From positions 24,053-88,052 of the forward strand of contig CAZLJI010000001.1 in the NCBI GenBank assembly GCA_964559565.1: 64,000 bases of DNA, in the 5' to 3' direction. Positions within the stretch are counted from its first letter, which is position 1. Every line of letters starts with the position of its first letter. Positions 26,673 through 36,369 of this stretch are shown here, one piece after another. Under the pieces are notes generated by a model. The model searched no databases and had not been told where the DNA came from. It saw only the letters and a program-made list of their open reading frames with translations. The DNA comes from an uncultured Ignavibacteriaceae bacterium (GTDB taxonomy: Bacteria > Bacteroidota > Ignavibacteria > Ignavibacteriales > Ignavibacteriaceae). Both the position numbers and the translations under genes were made by a program.

Positions 26673-27487
26673 TTTATCACCTTCTCTTGGAATTTTTTGC
26701 AGTCCTGCATGAACTCCTGAACAGGCATCTTTTTTAGCTTTGGTAAGTCCTTCTGCCATTGCGTGTAATCAATATCACTGACACACCTTTTGTACTTTTT
26801 GTTAGACTTAACCATTTCCATTAAATTGGAGCGAAATTTCTTGCATGCATATCCCCAATGCTTGTTCTGTTTTTGACCGATTCCAAATTCCATCCTGATT
26901 GCGTTAAAAGCCATGTCTGATAAAATTTCTGGTTTTTTAATATCTTCTTTTGTTCTAGATTTTGCGTTGGCTTCCTCGAACATGGATTTGTTTTTGTCTA
27001 GTATGTTCGTGTTTATTTCTTTTACTTTGTCTGCTTCTTTTTTCGTCACTCTTCTAACTATGATTTTTACGTCTTTGCTAGAAAACGCATTTTCAGGAAT
27101 TTTTGTTTTGTTCCAAGGGCTGTATTGGATTAGTAAAGCTGATAAATCGCTAACTGGTTTTAATTTCTGAACCACATAAATAACATCCTCTTCTGCATTT
27201 ATTTCAGACATTTCCATTTTTCTTTTGTCCGCTACAATTGCATATCCGATGTTATTTTTATCTCCAACTCCAGAAACTTCTTTTTCTTTTATAAGCTTCT
27301 TGTACTTATCCATTTCTTTGCTCTGTGGAAGAGCACGAATAAGGTCTTCCTTGAACTTCTTCATGGCATCCCTAAGAATCATTTCTTTCATCCTAGAAAT
27401 CCTGCTTGGAAGTTCTTTGGAAAGCTTATTAAGCTTATCCCATGGACCTATTAGTTTTACCTGTATCAATCCTAATACCTCTTCCAC
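26669..27487 (-). CDS. hypothetical Lys/Glu-rich protein
   Basis: 272-aa ORF with a GTG start in the track; the true start is uncertain. It lies in the operon. Confidence 0.55.
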   Translation of the reverse strand: MEEVLGLIQVKLIGPWDKLNKLSKELPSRISRMKEMILRDAMKKFKEDLIRALPQSKEMDKYKKLIKEKEVSGVGDKNNIGYAIVADKRKMEMSEINAEEDVIYVVQKLKPVSDLSALLIQYSPWNKTKIPENAFSSKDVKIIVRRVTKKEADKVKEINTNILDKNKSMFEEANAKSRTKEDIKKPEILSDMAFNAIRMEFGIGQKQNKHWGYACKKFRSNLMEMVKSNKKYKRCVSDIDYTQWQKDLPKLKKMPVQEFMQDCKKFQEKVIK

Positions 27488-28050
27488 TCGTTATCGGGAT
27501 CAATAGATCCAGCTAAATCCTCGATTGCGATAACCAGCTTCTCGGTCATTTTTTCAATATTCTTAAACTCAGCAGGGATATCCGCATCCACATCACCTAA
27601 GTTTTGCACGTTGTTCTTGAACGCACTATCAAGCCAATCTCCTGCTTGGCTTACGGTCTTGATCTTGTCAAAGAAATCAGGAGACACGGCTACTTCTTTT
27701 TTTCCGTTTATTGCTTCGAGCAATGCATCATATTTTTTGATCCTATATGCCTTGCTTTCCTCTTTTCCAGGAATATCCATTTTTGAAGCAATAGCCTTCG
27801 CTGCAATAGAAGGAGTTAAATCTAATATTGGAACTTCGATTTCAATTTCATCTGCATCTTCTTCGTCAGAAGAAGCACAAATAAAAATAACATATTCCTC
27901 ATTGAAATCATCGAATCCAACAATAACCCCATTGCTTAACGTGATAACCATGTCATTATCAATTTCACCATCAAGAAGAGAAGCAAGTTCCTTAAACCAA
28001 GACTTTATTTTCTTTTCATCACCAACGATTTCTTCAAACTTAATTTCCAT
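27472..28050 (-). CDS. hypothetical acidic protein
   Basis: Start moved to the ATG at 28050 (MEIKFEEIVG...), with GGAG upstream. Confidence 0.55.
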   Translation of the reverse strand: MEIKFEEIVGDEKKIKSWFKELASLLDGEIDNDMVITLSNGVIVGFDDFNEEYVIFICASSDEEDADEIEIEVPILDLTPSIAAKAIASKMDIPGKEESKAYRIKKYDALLEAINGKKEVAVSPDFFDKIKTVSQAGDWLDSAFKNNVQNLGDVDADIPAEFKNIEKMTEKLVIAIEDLAGSIDPDNEWKRY

Positions 28051-28085
28051 TTTTTTTTGCTCCAATCTTTAAAACCTATTCGGTT

Positions 28086-28484
28086 TTATGATCCCACAAC
28101 TGCATAATACACATTAGCGCTAGTTCCACTTCCGTTGCTAATGTATACAGACGTAAAATCTATTTCCATGTATAGTATACCTACAACACTTGTTGAAGGA
28201 ACCTTTAAATTCAACGCTCTAGCTGCATCTGTGCCATTAAATTTTATTGTAATGTTTTGGTCGCTTTCAATGTAAAACATTCTTCCTGTAGTGAGACCGG
28301 CACCCATTGTTAATTGTAAATCAGTAGTGCTGTTTGCTACTACTATCCTTGCAGATAAAGACTCGGCCAAACTAGTTTGTGCATCAATCCTGTCTTGTGA
28401 TGCACCCCTGTCAATTATCGGGTTCAGCATATTGGCCGATTGAGATGTTTTTAGTTGCACTTGTCTTCTAATGTATAAACTCAT
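28086..28484 (-). CDS. hypothetical protein
   Basis: Start moved to the ATG at 28484 (MSLYIRRQ...), 2 nt after the upstream stop. RBS GGTGG. Confidence 0.6.
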   Translation of the reverse strand: MSLYIRRQVQLKTSQSANMLNPIIDRGASQDRIDAQTSLAESLSARIVVANSTTDLQLTMGAGLTTGRMFYIESDQNITIKFNGTDAARALNLKVPSTSVVGILYMEIDFTSVYISNGSGTSANVYYAVVGS

Positions 28485-28486
28485 TA

Positions 28487-29050
28487 TCAACCACCATGTG
28501 ATCCACTTTGCCATGCATCAATTGCATCTTGCGTATGGCTAAGAATAGTTTCAATATTTCTACCTAATGTAAGTATACCTTTTGCAGCTAAGGCTCTTAC
28601 TGTATCAATCCAAGACGAAAGACCTATTACTGTATCAAGAATAGATGGTCCGTCTTCCTTTTCACGCTCATCGTTTTCCTCGTCTTCTTCGTCTTCCTTT
28701 TTTTTCTTTCCGTCCTTTTTTTTCTTGTTTTTTTCTTCTATTTCTTGTTTTATGAATCTTCCTTTTTCGTCTCTTACTTTATTGTTCTTTATTACAACTT
28801 TTCCGTTTTCTTCAGAAGTTTCAAAACCACTATCTTTTCCAACTATCTTTTCAATGTGTTTTTCTACTGCTTTTTGCTTTGGTTTAGATGCAATAGAATC
28901 TTTTACTGCATCAGGACCTTTTTTTACTTCTCCGTCTTTTCCAATCATAATATGTGTACCGTGAACCGTAACCCACTTCTCTTTTGGCTCGGCTTCGAGA
29001 ACCAAAGACGCAATGCCTAAAATCCTGCTTTTTGCTTCTAAAACATTCAT
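28487..29050 (-). CDS. hypothetical Lys/Glu-rich protein with a CTS-like leader
   Basis: Start moved to the ATG at 29050 (ATGA overlap). N-terminus is MNVLEAKSRILGIASLVLE. Confidence 0.6.
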   Translation of the reverse strand: MNVLEAKSRILGIASLVLEAEPKEKWVTVHGTHIMIGKDGEVKKGPDAVKDSIASKPKQKAVEKHIEKIVGKDSGFETSEENGKVVIKNNKVRDEKGRFIKQEIEEKNKKKKDGKKKKEDEEDEENDEREKEDGPSILDTVIGLSSWIDTVRALAAKGILTLGRNIETILSHTQDAIDAWQSGSHGG

Positions 29051-29448
29051 TTGCAACCAACTATTTTTATGTTCGCATCACTTGTTTCTATTCTTTCAAC
29101 CGACACACCTTTGACTAAAGGAACGAATGATTTTTCTCTTATTGTACTAACGTGTTTCTTGCATACGCCGAACAATATATCCTTGTTTGTGTTTACACAA
29201 AACACATTTTCTATTTCTATTGAACCACATAAAAAACAAAATTTACTAAAAATACCGTCTAATGGACCTATGTATTGATTGTAATATCCTCCGCCAAGTG
29301 GACCGAAACATCCAACACCTCTACATGATCCAGTTATTCTCCAGTTTGAAGAATGCAAATTCTCGCACGTGCTACAAACAAAAACAAACCCGTTTTCTCT
29401 TGCTTCTTTTGCTTCGCCGGAATTTATCTTATCTTTTATTGAAATCAT
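29047..29448 (-). CDS. hypothetical Cys-rich (probable zinc-binding) protein
   Basis: 133 aa with CSTC, CRGVGC and CFLC motifs. Its ATG abuts the upstream stop. Confidence 0.6.
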   Translation of the reverse strand: MISIKDKINSGEAKEARENGFVFVCSTCENLHSSNWRITGSCRGVGCFGPLGGGYYNQYIGPLDGIFSKFCFLCGSIEIENVFCVNTNKDILFGVCKKHVSTIREKSFVPLVKGVSVERIETSDANIKIVGCK

Positions 29449-29874
29449 CTAATCCCAGTATCCTTTACTTAGTTCCATCATTACTTGCGCCAATGCTGAT
29501 TTTATACCTATCTTCTCAACCCATGTTAGTGTTTTTATCCATTTTGCTTCTTGTCTTGTATGTGCTAATTGTCTGAAAAGCTCTTTCGATAACCCCATCG
29601 CTTGCTTCGGCGTAAAATCTGGAAACGCTTTCATGATACCGACAATCAATAACGCCATTAGCCAATCAGATAGGTTGTTAAATGTCTTAACACTAATGTC
29701 TTCAGGTTGTTTCCCTTGAGAAGCTAACTCGATTGCCCTCCTCGCTGTTTCGTCTCCGCCTTGCTTATTTAGCGCATTTCTTGCTTCTCCAAATATCTCA
29801 ATTGTACCCCTGGATAAGGCTAGCCCGTCCATTTTTACCATCTCAAGAAGCTTCTCTGTAGGGTCATGATTCAT
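29449..29874 (-). CDS. hypothetical protein
   Basis: 141-aa ORF with a 4-nt overlap with the upstream gene. Confidence 0.6.
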   Translation of the reverse strand: MNHDPTEKLLEMVKMDGLALSRGTIEIFGEARNALNKQGGDETARRAIELASQGKQPEDISVKTFNNLSDWLMALLIVGIMKAFPDFTPKQAMGLSKELFRQLAHTRQEAKWIKTLTWVEKIGIKSALAQVMMELSKGYWD

Positions 29875-30341
29875 TGTGTATTTACTCTTCTGTTCGGCTC
29901 AAACTTGGTATTTCTTCTTAACGATACCTTGTACAAAACATAAATGTTTCTGTCGTCATCCATTATTCCATCGCGATCTGTGTCTACAATATCATAATGG
30001 TTTCCCCAACAATTAACAACATCGCCAGTCTTTGGTGGGGTTGTTCCAATTGTCGCTTCCCAGTCTATTCGTGCAAACCACAATTGGGCGTCCCATTGTG
30101 TTCGTCTTCCTTCTTCTCCTGTCGTTAATGCATGCTCTGGATTTGTTCCATAACAAGCGATCTTTATTCCGCTTGGCTCATAGTCAAAAACAGTTTCGTT
30201 TGCCTCGTCCCATAAAGCATCTCTGGTTGTTTGTACTGTGTTAAGCACATAGTAATAGCAATACATACCTGCAAGACGATTTACTTCTTTCGCGATACAG
30301 TTAAAAAGAGCTTGGTCTTTTGTATGTATTAAAGTTCCCAT
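29871..30341 (-). CDS. hypothetical protein (possible head-tail joining role, weak)
   Basis: 156-aa ORF in the operon. The functional guess is pattern-based only. Confidence 0.55.
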   Translation of the reverse strand: MGTLIHTKDQALFNCIAKEVNRLAGMYCYYYVLNTVQTTRDALWDEANETVFDYEPSGIKIACYGTNPEHALTTGEEGRRTQWDAQLWFARIDWEATIGTTPPKTGDVVNCWGNHYDIVDTDRDGIMDDDRNIYVLYKVSLRRNTKFEPNRRVNTQ

Positions 30342-30342
30342 G

Positions 30343-30915
30343 TTAACCAGATGAATTTATGATACCTATTACTTCTGCCAAAAACTCGTCGCCATATCCA
30401 AACGGGTCTTTCCTTTCACTATCAGAAAATCCACCCCTAATTATAATAGACTCCTTTTTGGCTTGTTTTTCTTTTTCCTTTTCAAAGTTGCTTTGTGAAC
30501 CATCACCTTCTTCGCCTTCATTTCCTTCTTCGCCTTCTCTATTATCTTTATCTTTTTTGTTGTTGGTTTTTTCGTCGTTAGCATTTTTAGCATTGTCGCT
30601 TAATGACTTCAAAAACGCAGAAGAATCGTCGATTATTTTTGCAAGTGCTATAGAAGCTGATTTCCTATCACTGTTTTTTATGAAATCGGCAACTCCGTCC
30701 ATTCTTGATGCAAGAGTGATTGCTTTGCCAAGTAACGTTTCTTGTTCGGCTGAACTCATCTTTGATTCAACCATTCTTTTTACAGTATCTATATCGTCAA
30801 CTTCTTGTGTATCAACAGACCATTCTATATCATTTTCTCCTGATACATGGCTTGCAATACCGCTTATTGACCTTAGTTCCGTTAATAGCAAATCTATATT
30901 TTTGTATTTTCCCAT
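30343..30915 (-). CDS. hypothetical acidic protein with a CTS-like leader
   Basis: 190 aa. N-terminus is MGKYKNIDLLLTELRSISGIASHVSGENDIE. Confidence 0.6.
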   Translation of the reverse strand: MGKYKNIDLLLTELRSISGIASHVSGENDIEWSVDTQEVDDIDTVKRMVESKMSSAEQETLLGKAITLASRMDGVADFIKNSDRKSASIALAKIIDDSSAFLKSLSDNAKNANDEKTNNKKDKDNREGEEGNEGEEGDGSQSNFEKEKEKQAKKESIIIRGGFSDSERKDPFGYGDEFLAEVIGIINSSG

Positions 30916-30924
30916 AATGTATTC

Positions 30925-31644
30925 CTATAGTGGATCTGTTGCCACTATTGATCGATAATCCCTGTCTTTTGCAACCCTGATCACTCTTGGCTCTCCTTGA
31001 TGCTTCTTTCCTCTTTTTATGCCAGCACCGGTCAATTTTATAGACAACTTATCGGGAACACCACCCTTCTTAGATGCGCGAGATGCATATCCCCATTTAA
31101 TCATCTTGGCTCTAGCTATCTGTTGTGCGCTTTTTGCAGGAGTTCCCCTAAACGGATATCCGTTCTTGATCCCTGTTACGTAAATAGCACGAACGACGTG
31201 CTTGTAAAAATCAGATTGATTAACGTCTTTACCCGCCCTTTGTCTCTTCTTTATTTCTGCTGGCATTGGAACTCTGTTTCCAGGTGCCGTTGTCTTCCAG
31301 TTAGCTGGCCAAATTTCCAAGTCGCTTTTTCCAGAATCAGACGCTTTCTTTGGAATACCCCCCGGTTTAGCTTTTGGCCTGACAGCTTGAGTTTGTCTTT
31401 TTGCTATCTTGGGTTTTTTTGCACTAGTATCTTTTTTATCAAAATAGTCAAAAGACTTTTGTCCTTTTCCTACTTTTGGGGACTTCATTTTTTTAAGAGC
31501 GGCGCTTGTCTTTTTCCTGATTGTTTTTAATGGAGATGCTTCTAATAAAGTGTCAATTGATACAAGATCTCCGTTACGCATATTTTCGTTTATGCATTTT
31601 TCACTTCTTTGATTCCGAATCAAACTTTTTAAACTAAGCAACAT
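30925..31644 (-). CDS. hypothetical basic protein
   Basis: 239-aa ORF, Lys/Arg-rich. It overlaps the 3' end of the 64-aa ORF by 11 nt. Confidence 0.55.
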   Translation of the reverse strand: MLLSLKSLIRNQRSEKCINENMRNGDLVSIDTLLEASPLKTIRKKTSAALKKMKSPKVGKGQKSFDYFDKKDTSAKKPKIAKRQTQAVRPKAKPGGIPKKASDSGKSDLEIWPANWKTTAPGNRVPMPAEIKKRQRAGKDVNQSDFYKHVVRAIYVTGIKNGYPFRGTPAKSAQQIARAKMIKWGYASRASKKGGVPDKLSIKLTGAGIKRGKKHQGEPRVIRVAKDRDYRSIVATDPL

Positions 31645-31828
31645 TATCAGCTTCTTTTACTAATTCAGAAACAGCTCTTATCCTGTCAGCCAAACAAGAA
31701 TCTGTTATTTTCATTATATCTACCGAGCTTTTTTTCTTCTTGTTTTTCTGAATAGCTCCATGAGTAAGCCACTTCGATGTAATCTTTGGAATCGAACCAA
31801 TCAGTTTTCTTCTTGTTCTTTGCTTCAT
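31634..31828 (-). CDS. hypothetical small basic protein
   Basis: 64-aa ORF lying between two larger genes. Confidence 0.4.
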   Translation of the reverse strand: MKQRTRRKLIGSIPKITSKWLTHGAIQKNKKKKSSVDIMKITDSCLADRIRAVSELVKEADNVA

Positions 31829-31830
31829 TC

Positions 31831-32565
31831 TTAAAGCCTGTTAACAAAAACAATCAAATCTAACGGATTGTCAAACTTCTTGCTGTTGCTTTTCGCTTTG
31901 CTTGCAAGAAGAAAAAATCTTTTTACTAAGTTTACATCTTTTGCTTCAGGATATTTTTTCTTTCCATCGAAAGAAGAAATCGCATTTATTGCGTTTAATC
32001 GTCCAATGTTTTTTAAGTTTTCAACGTACATATCAACGAAGTCTTTGTATGAAATGCCTTTGAATTCATTTCTATCTAGATCCTGAAATTTTCCTATTTC
32101 ATATCTAAGATCATTTTTTTTAGAATGAAGCAAATCGTTCTCGGCGCTTCCAGCTTTATTTACCGTCTGATCTGGGTTATCTACAATGTTTTTAACAATT
32201 TCGCTCGAAACGATATCATTTACATATTTTGCTATATCTAAAACATTCTTTTCAGATGGATTGTTTTTTTCCTTTAATTCACTCAAGAGATCTGAAATAA
32301 AACCAAGTCTTATCTGTACATCTTCAACTGAGAATAACTTCTCGTACTCAGCATCCTTGGATTTCAAATCTGGAGCCTTTGAGTATTGACTCTTTGTTCT
32401 TTTTTGGCCCTTCTTCGTAAGCTCCTGTGTTCCCTTTTTTAGAACACCGGCCTTTTGCAAAGAAGCCGTACAGACAGCAAACGCCTTTTGTATATCGCCG
32501 CCTTTCGCAACAACATCCGCTACACACCTACGAAGACCAAGTGGTTTTGATGATTCACCTGGCAT
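31831..32565 (-). CDS. hypothetical protein
   Basis: 244-aa ORF in the operon. Confidence 0.6.
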   Translation of the reverse strand: MPGESSKPLGLRRCVADVVAKGGDIQKAFAVCTASLQKAGVLKKGTQELTKKGQKRTKSQYSKAPDLKSKDAEYEKLFSVEDVQIRLGFISDLLSELKEKNNPSEKNVLDIAKYVNDIVSSEIVKNIVDNPDQTVNKAGSAENDLLHSKKNDLRYEIGKFQDLDRNEFKGISYKDFVDMYVENLKNIGRLNAINAISSFDGKKKYPEAKDVNLVKRFFLLASKAKSNSKKFDNPLDLIVFVNRL

Positions 32566-32582
32566 TACTTAATGCCTTTTTT

Positions 32583-33131
32583 CTAAAGATTTCTTTTTCT
32601 GATTTCATAATCACTGTATCCTTTTTTTCTTTGCACTATACGATCAATCTTATCCGAGTTTTCGTCTTCCCATTCTTCCCAAAATATATCTACTACTCTC
32701 TCCATTGATTCAATTGTCCATTTTTTTAACTCAGCAAATGAACTACAATCATCAGTGTCCATGACAAGGTGACGATTATCAGAAATATGAGAACTGTAAA
32801 TATTCGAACTGGCAACAATGTGACCTTTCTCTTCTCTTATGAAAACCTCAATCATATAACCATCAAGATTCACTTCATGATTAACTTGTGACCATGGAGA
32901 ACTAGGATCATAATAAAGCTCGCGCTCAATATAGTATTTACTCAAGTCATACTGAAGCTTCACGCCGTTTCTAACATTTAAAACACGTATTAGTTTTGCG
33001 TTGTATTCATAGTCTAAAAATTTATCTATGTCTTTTTTATTAAATGCACCTGTTAAAAATTTACTATCGCCAGATTCTATAATTCCTGCTTGATACTGAA
33101 GCTCCTCGATTAGTTGATTGAGCTTTTTCAT
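32583..33131 (-). CDS. hypothetical protein with a CTS-like leader
   Basis: 182 aa. The N-terminus MKKLNQLIEELQYQAGIIE is similar to that of the next gene upstream. Confidence 0.6.
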   Translation of the reverse strand: MKKLNQLIEELQYQAGIIESGDSKFLTGAFNKKDIDKFLDYEYNAKLIRVLNVRNGVKLQYDLSKYYIERELYYDPSSPWSQVNHEVNLDGYMIEVFIREEKGHIVASSNIYSSHISDNRHLVMDTDDCSSFAELKKWTIESMERVVDIFWEEWEDENSDKIDRIVQRKKGYSDYEIRKRNL

Positions 33132-33135
33132 AAAT

Positions 33136-33801
33136 TTACCTTTCTATTACATCAAGCTCGTCTGCAATTTTAATCAATTCAGATGTAAGCTTATCAATTT
33201 TAATAAAGGCGTTTTGCCATTTTGACACCTGAACTTTTGTTAACTTTCCTTTGTTTTTCCATCCGTCGTTAAGCATTATTTGAGATAAAGACATAATTCT
33301 TTGGGCTGTTGATTTTAATTTCTCAGCAGAACCAAATGACCTCATTGGATCTAGCACAGTTATTTGCGCCTCTTCAATTGATTCGATTTTGTTTCCTTTG
33401 TATTTTTTAGGAATAAATTTTTCAAAACTTTTTGGATTGTTCTTGAATTCTGATTCAAATTCATCAACAAGGTCTTTTGCTATTTGTTCCCTTGTGGGTT
33501 TACTGAAAACAGTTGACCATTCTTTTTCGTTTGAAGAAAATTCTTTTGCGTACTTCCGTGCTGCCTTTTCAATGAAATACATAAAGAGCTTTTCCGCTGA
33601 TTTGCTATCGTATTTCCCTTGTGCTTTTTTTACTACTAGGTTTTTGTAGTAGTCGTTCCATTTGCTGTCGTATAATTGCCTGTCGTTATCAAAATAAAGC
33701 TCAAGCTCTTTCACTGCATCTTCATCTACCCCGCCACCTCGGGCTTCTGTGATGCCAGATTGATACTGAAGATCTCTGATCAGGCTTTTTAATGTTGTCA
33801 T
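33136..33801 (-). CDS. hypothetical protein with a CTS-like leader
   Basis: 221 aa. N-terminus is MTTLKSLIRDLQYQSGITE. Confidence 0.6.
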   Translation of the reverse strand: MTTLKSLIRDLQYQSGITEARGGGVDEDAVKELELYFDNDRQLYDSKWNDYYKNLVVKKAQGKYDSKSAEKLFMYFIEKAARKYAKEFSSNEKEWSTVFSKPTREQIAKDLVDEFESEFKNNPKSFEKFIPKKYKGNKIESIEEAQITVLDPMRSFGSAEKLKSTAQRIMSLSQIMLNDGWKNKGKLTKVQVSKWQNAFIKIDKLTSELIKIADELDVIER

Positions 33802-33813
33802 TTTTCAATCCCT

Positions 33814-34440
33814 TTATTTAATCAACTTCATTGCAGTATCAGCCATTTTTTCAAATGGCATATTCAGAAACTTCTCTCTGTTTGCTTGATTTAATTTGTT
33901 TGCCACACTTACAACTGCGCTCGCTGTAAATGCATCCACGCGCCCAATTCCAGGAATCACTTTATTTTGATGCGTGTCAACAATATCTTTTAAATGAGTA
34001 TACAATTCTTCTCCGCTAGTAGTCGCTTCCTTTTCTCGCCTAACTGTTGGTTTGGAAGTATTTTCTAGTGGTCCAACGAGTTTCATCCATTGACTGTAAC
34101 GCATGGTAATATGATTCTCATCAATATTTCCACTCGCCCCGGCGATGTCTATAGCCTTCATTCTAAACTCTTTAGGAATTACTCCTGATGCAGCGCCAAT
34201 CTCTATAAACGGGTCTCCCTTTGCCGAACTCATAACCTTCGTTTTTAATTGTATCCCTAGATCTTTTTGTAGCTTCTTTTTTAGTTCACGTGAATATGAG
34301 GCAAACACGGCGCGTTGCTCTTTTGAGACTGCCTCGAATAATCCAGATTCAATGAACATTGCGTCATCAACAAGATCACTGATTTCTTCTAGCCTTCTAG
34401 TTAAATCTTTCATTTTGGTCTCATGTTGTTTTTCAGGCAT
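33814..34440 (-). CDS. hypothetical protein
   Basis: Start moved to the ATG at 34440 (MPEKQHE...), with AAAGGA 6 nt upstream. The leader ends at ...DDAMFIE. Confidence 0.55.
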   Translation of the reverse strand: MPEKQHETKMKDLTRRLEEISDLVDDAMFIESGLFEAVSKEQRAVFASYSRELKKKLQKDLGIQLKTKVMSSAKGDPFIEIGAASGVIPKEFRMKAIDIAGASGNIDENHITMRYSQWMKLVGPLENTSKPTVRREKEATTSGEELYTHLKDIVDTHQNKVIPGIGRVDAFTASAVVSVANKLNQANREKFLNMPFEKMADTAMKLIK

Positions 34441-34460
34441 TATTAATCCTTTAATTACCA

Positions 34461-35099
34461 CTATTTCTTTAGTCTCTGAAGCGCTTCCGCTATATCTGAA
34501 AGATTGCCTTCGGCAAGTCTCATTCTATCGTCCGCTGCTTTTAGATATTCAACCACTTCACCCATTAGCTTGACGATCTTTTGATGATTCTTTTCTGATA
34601 TTGGGTCATCTATGCCTCTCTTCTTTGTTGCAATCTCAATTCTATCTACGGACTCCTTCATTGCATCAAATGTTTTTTTGAATTTATTTCTTAAAAAAAC
34701 TTCTACGTATCCAAGCCCTCCATAGAAGACTTCGCTTGAATCACTCTCTGCCTCTTCCACTCGATTGACTTCCGCGTTACCATCTCCAAGAAGAGATTTC
34801 ATTGACTCAAGCCTAGCCCTAACATCTCCTAAAGAACCAAACGTGCCAAGTGAACCATTCTTGGATTCCATTTTTTCGTCTTCCTTCTTAAACCACTTTT
34901 TTAATTCTGGATATTTTTTAAAAACTGCTTCTCTTACCTTTTTTGCGACCTTCTTGTGCTGTGGCCACGTGCTCCATGTCAAGGCTATCTTGGCTTGATC
35001 TAAGTCTTGAATTGGCCATTTTTGTTCTTCTGGAAAAACAAAATCAGAAGGATCAAGTTTTTCTCTTTTTGCTTGAGACATTTCTATCTGATACTGCAT
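34461..35099 (-). CDS. hypothetical protein
   Basis: 212-aa ORF in the operon. Confidence 0.6.
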   Translation of the reverse strand: MQYQIEMSQAKREKLDPSDFVFPEEQKWPIQDLDQAKIALTWSTWPQHKKVAKKVREAVFKKYPELKKWFKKEDEKMESKNGSLGTFGSLGDVRARLESMKSLLGDGNAEVNRVEEAESDSSEVFYGGLGYVEVFLRNKFKKTFDAMKESVDRIEIATKKRGIDDPISEKNHQKIVKLMGEVVEYLKAADDRMRLAEGNLSDIAEALQRLKK

Positions 35100-35108
35100 T
35101 ATGTTCTC

Positions 35109-35582
35109 CTAAAAATAACCAAGCGCACGACCAAACCGTTTAGCCATTTCATTTTTATCTCTTCCTAGTTTAACAAGAACTTTATCCGCTAACATATCAA
35201 GGTCTCGAATAACTACCTCGCTTTGATCTGTAGTAATCGCAAAAGACATTCTTATTTTGAACATCTTTTCAAGTTCTTCCTCTAAATCAAATGTTGCCGT
35301 TATCGGCATCTTTGGATCATCACCAGAATGATATCTAGCCATACGCCAAACATACGCATAAACACCGTTCTTTGGCTTGCCTGTTTTTAGAATAAGGCCC
35401 TTGCCATGAGAAGAACATTGTTTTACAGCTTCATCTACATCGCTTGTTACTTTTTTGATGTAAGCTAAAATTTCTTCTGGAACAGGATCTCCACGCTTCC
35501 ATATTTTGATTCCGCCAGATGCATCACTTTCAATCAATTCATGTACACTGCTAAGTCTTGTAATAACATCTTTAAAATTCAT
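35109..35582 (-). CDS. hypothetical protein with a CTS-like leader
   Basis: 157 aa. N-terminus is MNFKDVITRLSSVHELIE. Confidence 0.6.
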   Translation of the reverse strand: MNFKDVITRLSSVHELIESDASGGIKIWKRGDPVPEEILAYIKKVTSDVDEAVKQCSSHGKGLILKTGKPKNGVYAYVWRMARYHSGDDPKMPITATFDLEEELEKMFKIRMSFAITTDQSEVVIRDLDMLADKVLVKLGRDKNEMAKRFGRALGYF

Positions 35583-35591
35583 GTTCTTCTC

Positions 35592-36335
35592 CTAAGCAAT
35601 CAAAAACATTGGCGGTGGTATTAACGCCAATAACTCTTGATCTAGCTTATCAAAATCATCTTGTGCTTCGCGGATTAAATCAGCTCCGTCTAGACTTACG
35701 TTTCCTTGTGCTGCTGGAAGACCTCCGGTGTATTTACCCCTTATTCTTCCTAGCGTGTATTTTGTTTCTGCTAATGCCCTTTTTCTGATTAAATATTGTT
35801 CTGCCTGTGGAACCAAAGGAAGATAATCAGAAATGAAAGGGGTTTTGTACATGTAAATAACTTTACCGCTCTCTTGTGGTTCTGGCGCAAGGCTTAGTAT
35901 TTTTGTTTCTTGATTGAAGAACCAATCTTTATCTACTGATAAAACACGAGCTGCTATTTCTCTTTGTTGCAACCATTGCACAAGACCGGAATAAAAACCT
36001 ATGTTGCCTTGTTGTGCTGCATTTTGATCGTATGGATATCCGTTAATATCAAGAAACCCGTTCCATGTATTGCTTAAATCAATCCTAAGACTAGCCGTGA
36101 AAAAAACTTTCACTACATCCGATACGACTGGATCTACGGCTGATAAATCGTATTCAACTTGTCCTGCTATAGCGTTAAACGTTTCTTCTCTGTACCATCC
36201 ACGATAAGAAGACCACCATAGAAACGCATCCTGAACGGCCATATCTATTTGCTCGTCCGATGTTTCTACACAAACAATAGGATCCCCTAGTTTCCTTTTT
36301 ATCCATTCTCTAAGATTTTGAATGTTAACGGTCAT
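35592..36335 (-). CDS. hypothetical virion-module protein (possibly neck/head completion, weak)
   Basis: 247 aa. The N-terminus LREWIKRKLGDPIVCVETSDEQIDMAVQDAF recalls T4 gp13/gp14-type neck proteins, from memory only. Confidence 0.5.
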   Translation of the reverse strand: MTVNIQNLREWIKRKLGDPIVCVETSDEQIDMAVQDAFLWWSSYRGWYREETFNAIAGQVEYDLSAVDPVVSDVVKVFFTASLRIDLSNTWNGFLDINGYPYDQNAAQQGNIGFYSGLVQWLQQREIAARVLSVDKDWFFNQETKILSLAPEPQESGKVIYMYKTPFISDYLPLVPQAEQYLIRKRALAETKYTLGRIRGKYTGGLPAAQGNVSLDGADLIREAQDDFDKLDQELLALIPPPMFLIA

Positions 36336-36366
36336 AGTTTACCGCGTAAACGCGCATCCGGGTGCG
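36334..36366 (+). repeat. GC-rich quasi-palindrome copy c, with a 23-nt extension shared with 59621-59643
   Basis: GCGCATCCGGGTGCG lies on the plus strand at 36352-36366. The flank ATAGTTTACCGCGTAAACGCGCA is the reverse complement of 59621-59643. The copy is intergenic and abuts the ATG at 36335. Confidence 0.9.
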
Positions 36367-36369
36367 TGT

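Noticed and set aside
30925-31828. Overlap of the 64-aa and 239-aa ORFs as a possible programmed frameshift or split gene
   Set aside because: There is no slippery heptamer in the 11-nt overlap, and both ORFs have their own start codons. Evidence is insufficient.
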